This document shows, one piece after another, positions 31,431-32,000 of a DNA stretch of 32,000 nucleotides. The position numbers and the translations under genes are program-made. The stretch covers positions 930,001 through 962,000 of the forward strand of contig NZ_CP147990.1 of the NCBI RefSeq assembly GCF_037902255.1, in the 5' to 3' direction. The notes beneath the pieces were generated by a model. That model searched no databases, was not told the DNA's origin, and saw only the letters and a program-made list of their open reading frames with translations. Source of the stretch: Candidatus Electrothrix sp. GW3-4. Lineage in GTDB: Bacteria; Desulfobacterota; Desulfobulbia; Desulfobulbales; Desulfobulbaceae. The number at the start of each line of letters is the position of its first letter. Position 1 is the first letter of the stretch.

Positions 31431-31998
31431 AAAACAACTCGTAGTATGAGTCTTCACCCAGATGCCGAACATACTTTTTTACCAGTTCATCAAGCCTGTC
31501 CGGCTCCCCGACGTTGGTCCAGTCATCCACCGCTCCCTTGAAACAATACCTTCGAACTATGAACAGCCGTGCTTTATCATCAGTCAAGACAAACTCCATA
31601 TACGGTGAATAGTCGATGGCTAGCATCAGGAGTTTTCGGGCTTCCTTCAGTCCACTTCCGGAGCTGATGATCTCCAGAATTCTGTCAGTATCCTGGTTTG
31701 TTATGAATACACGGATTGTTTTTTGTCGTACATCAATTTTATAATACTCAATCTTTGAAAATCGCTCCATGCCTTGCTCCACGAGAGCAACTTCCTCATC
31801 AGTAATGATTTTCTTGGGTACTTTGCGACAATAAACCTGTCCACTGGGGTTTTCATAAATCTCAAAGCCTTCCGGCATATTGTCAAGGAGCTTCCCTTCG
31901 CTTTTCAGTGAGAAATAATAGCGAGGTTTCCCGGTTTTTGTCACACCTTCATGCAGATAGTATGTTTTTTCGAGACGGTTAACGTATTGTAGTGGCAT
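31429..31998 (-). CDS. Hypothetical protein (189 aa)
   Basis: A complete ORF with ATG at 31998 and no recognisable domain. It is followed directly by junction repeat E3. Confidence 0.6.
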   Translation of the reverse strand: MPLQYVNRLEKTYYLHEGVTKTGKPRYYFSLKSEGKLLDNMPEGFEIYENPSGQVYCRKVPKKIITDEEVALVEQGMERFSKIEYYKIDVRQKTIRVFITNQDTDRILEIISSGSGLKEARKLLMLAIDYSPYMEFVLTDDKARLFIVRRYCFKGAVDDWTNVGEPDRLDELVKKYVRHLGEDSYYELF

Positions 31999-32000
31999 TT

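Overview
32-kb bacterial chromosomal window; the taxon cannot be assigned from sequence alone. Core genes are about mid-GC, with two visibly AT-rich accessory patches. Left to right:

- **1-7167:** two minus-strand sensor kinase genes. Between them sit a receiver-domain remnant and an IS630-family element inserted in the TA of the hybrid kinase stop codon.
- **7294-11285:** housekeeping genes asnB (+), purC (-) and adk (-).
- **11691-11984:** a strictly phased 21-bp tandem array.
- **12284-15372:** an integron-type cassette cluster with no integrase. It has 3 good attC sites and 1 weak one. The cassettes carry a GIY-YIG nuclease, a complete retron-like unit (inverted-repeat-flanked ncRNA plus a reverse transcriptase fused to a TIR domain), and a membrane-anchored HTH-like protein.
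- **15908-17901:** glnK, an amtB 5' fragment and amtB (-), under a perfect sigma-54 promoter.
- **18247-18621:** a YkgJ-type Cys-cluster gene (+).
- **18696-22233:** a four-gene minus-strand operon encoding a protein with an Asn17 tail, a three-TM protein, a radical SAM/SPASM enzyme with a long unknown C-terminal domain, and a small lipoprotein.
- **22383-23041:** a promoter with a ~330-nt structured leader and a small ORF.
- **23199-25926:** a secreted/outer-membrane-like gene split by an IS1634-family element with a 6-bp CCATGG target duplication.
- **26247-27697:** a Cys-rich small gene, then an HU-like/DUF4469-like gene broken by two -1 frameshifts.
- **27996-29224:** a second, near-identical IS630 copy.
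- **29479-31998:** small minus-strand modules (HTH protein, overlapping TA-like pair, XisH/XisI, one hypothetical) separated by three copies of a ~105-bp terminator-plus-promoter junction repeat.

The strongest candidates for something new are the retron RT-TIR packaged as an integron cassette and the poly-Asn/radical-SAM operon.
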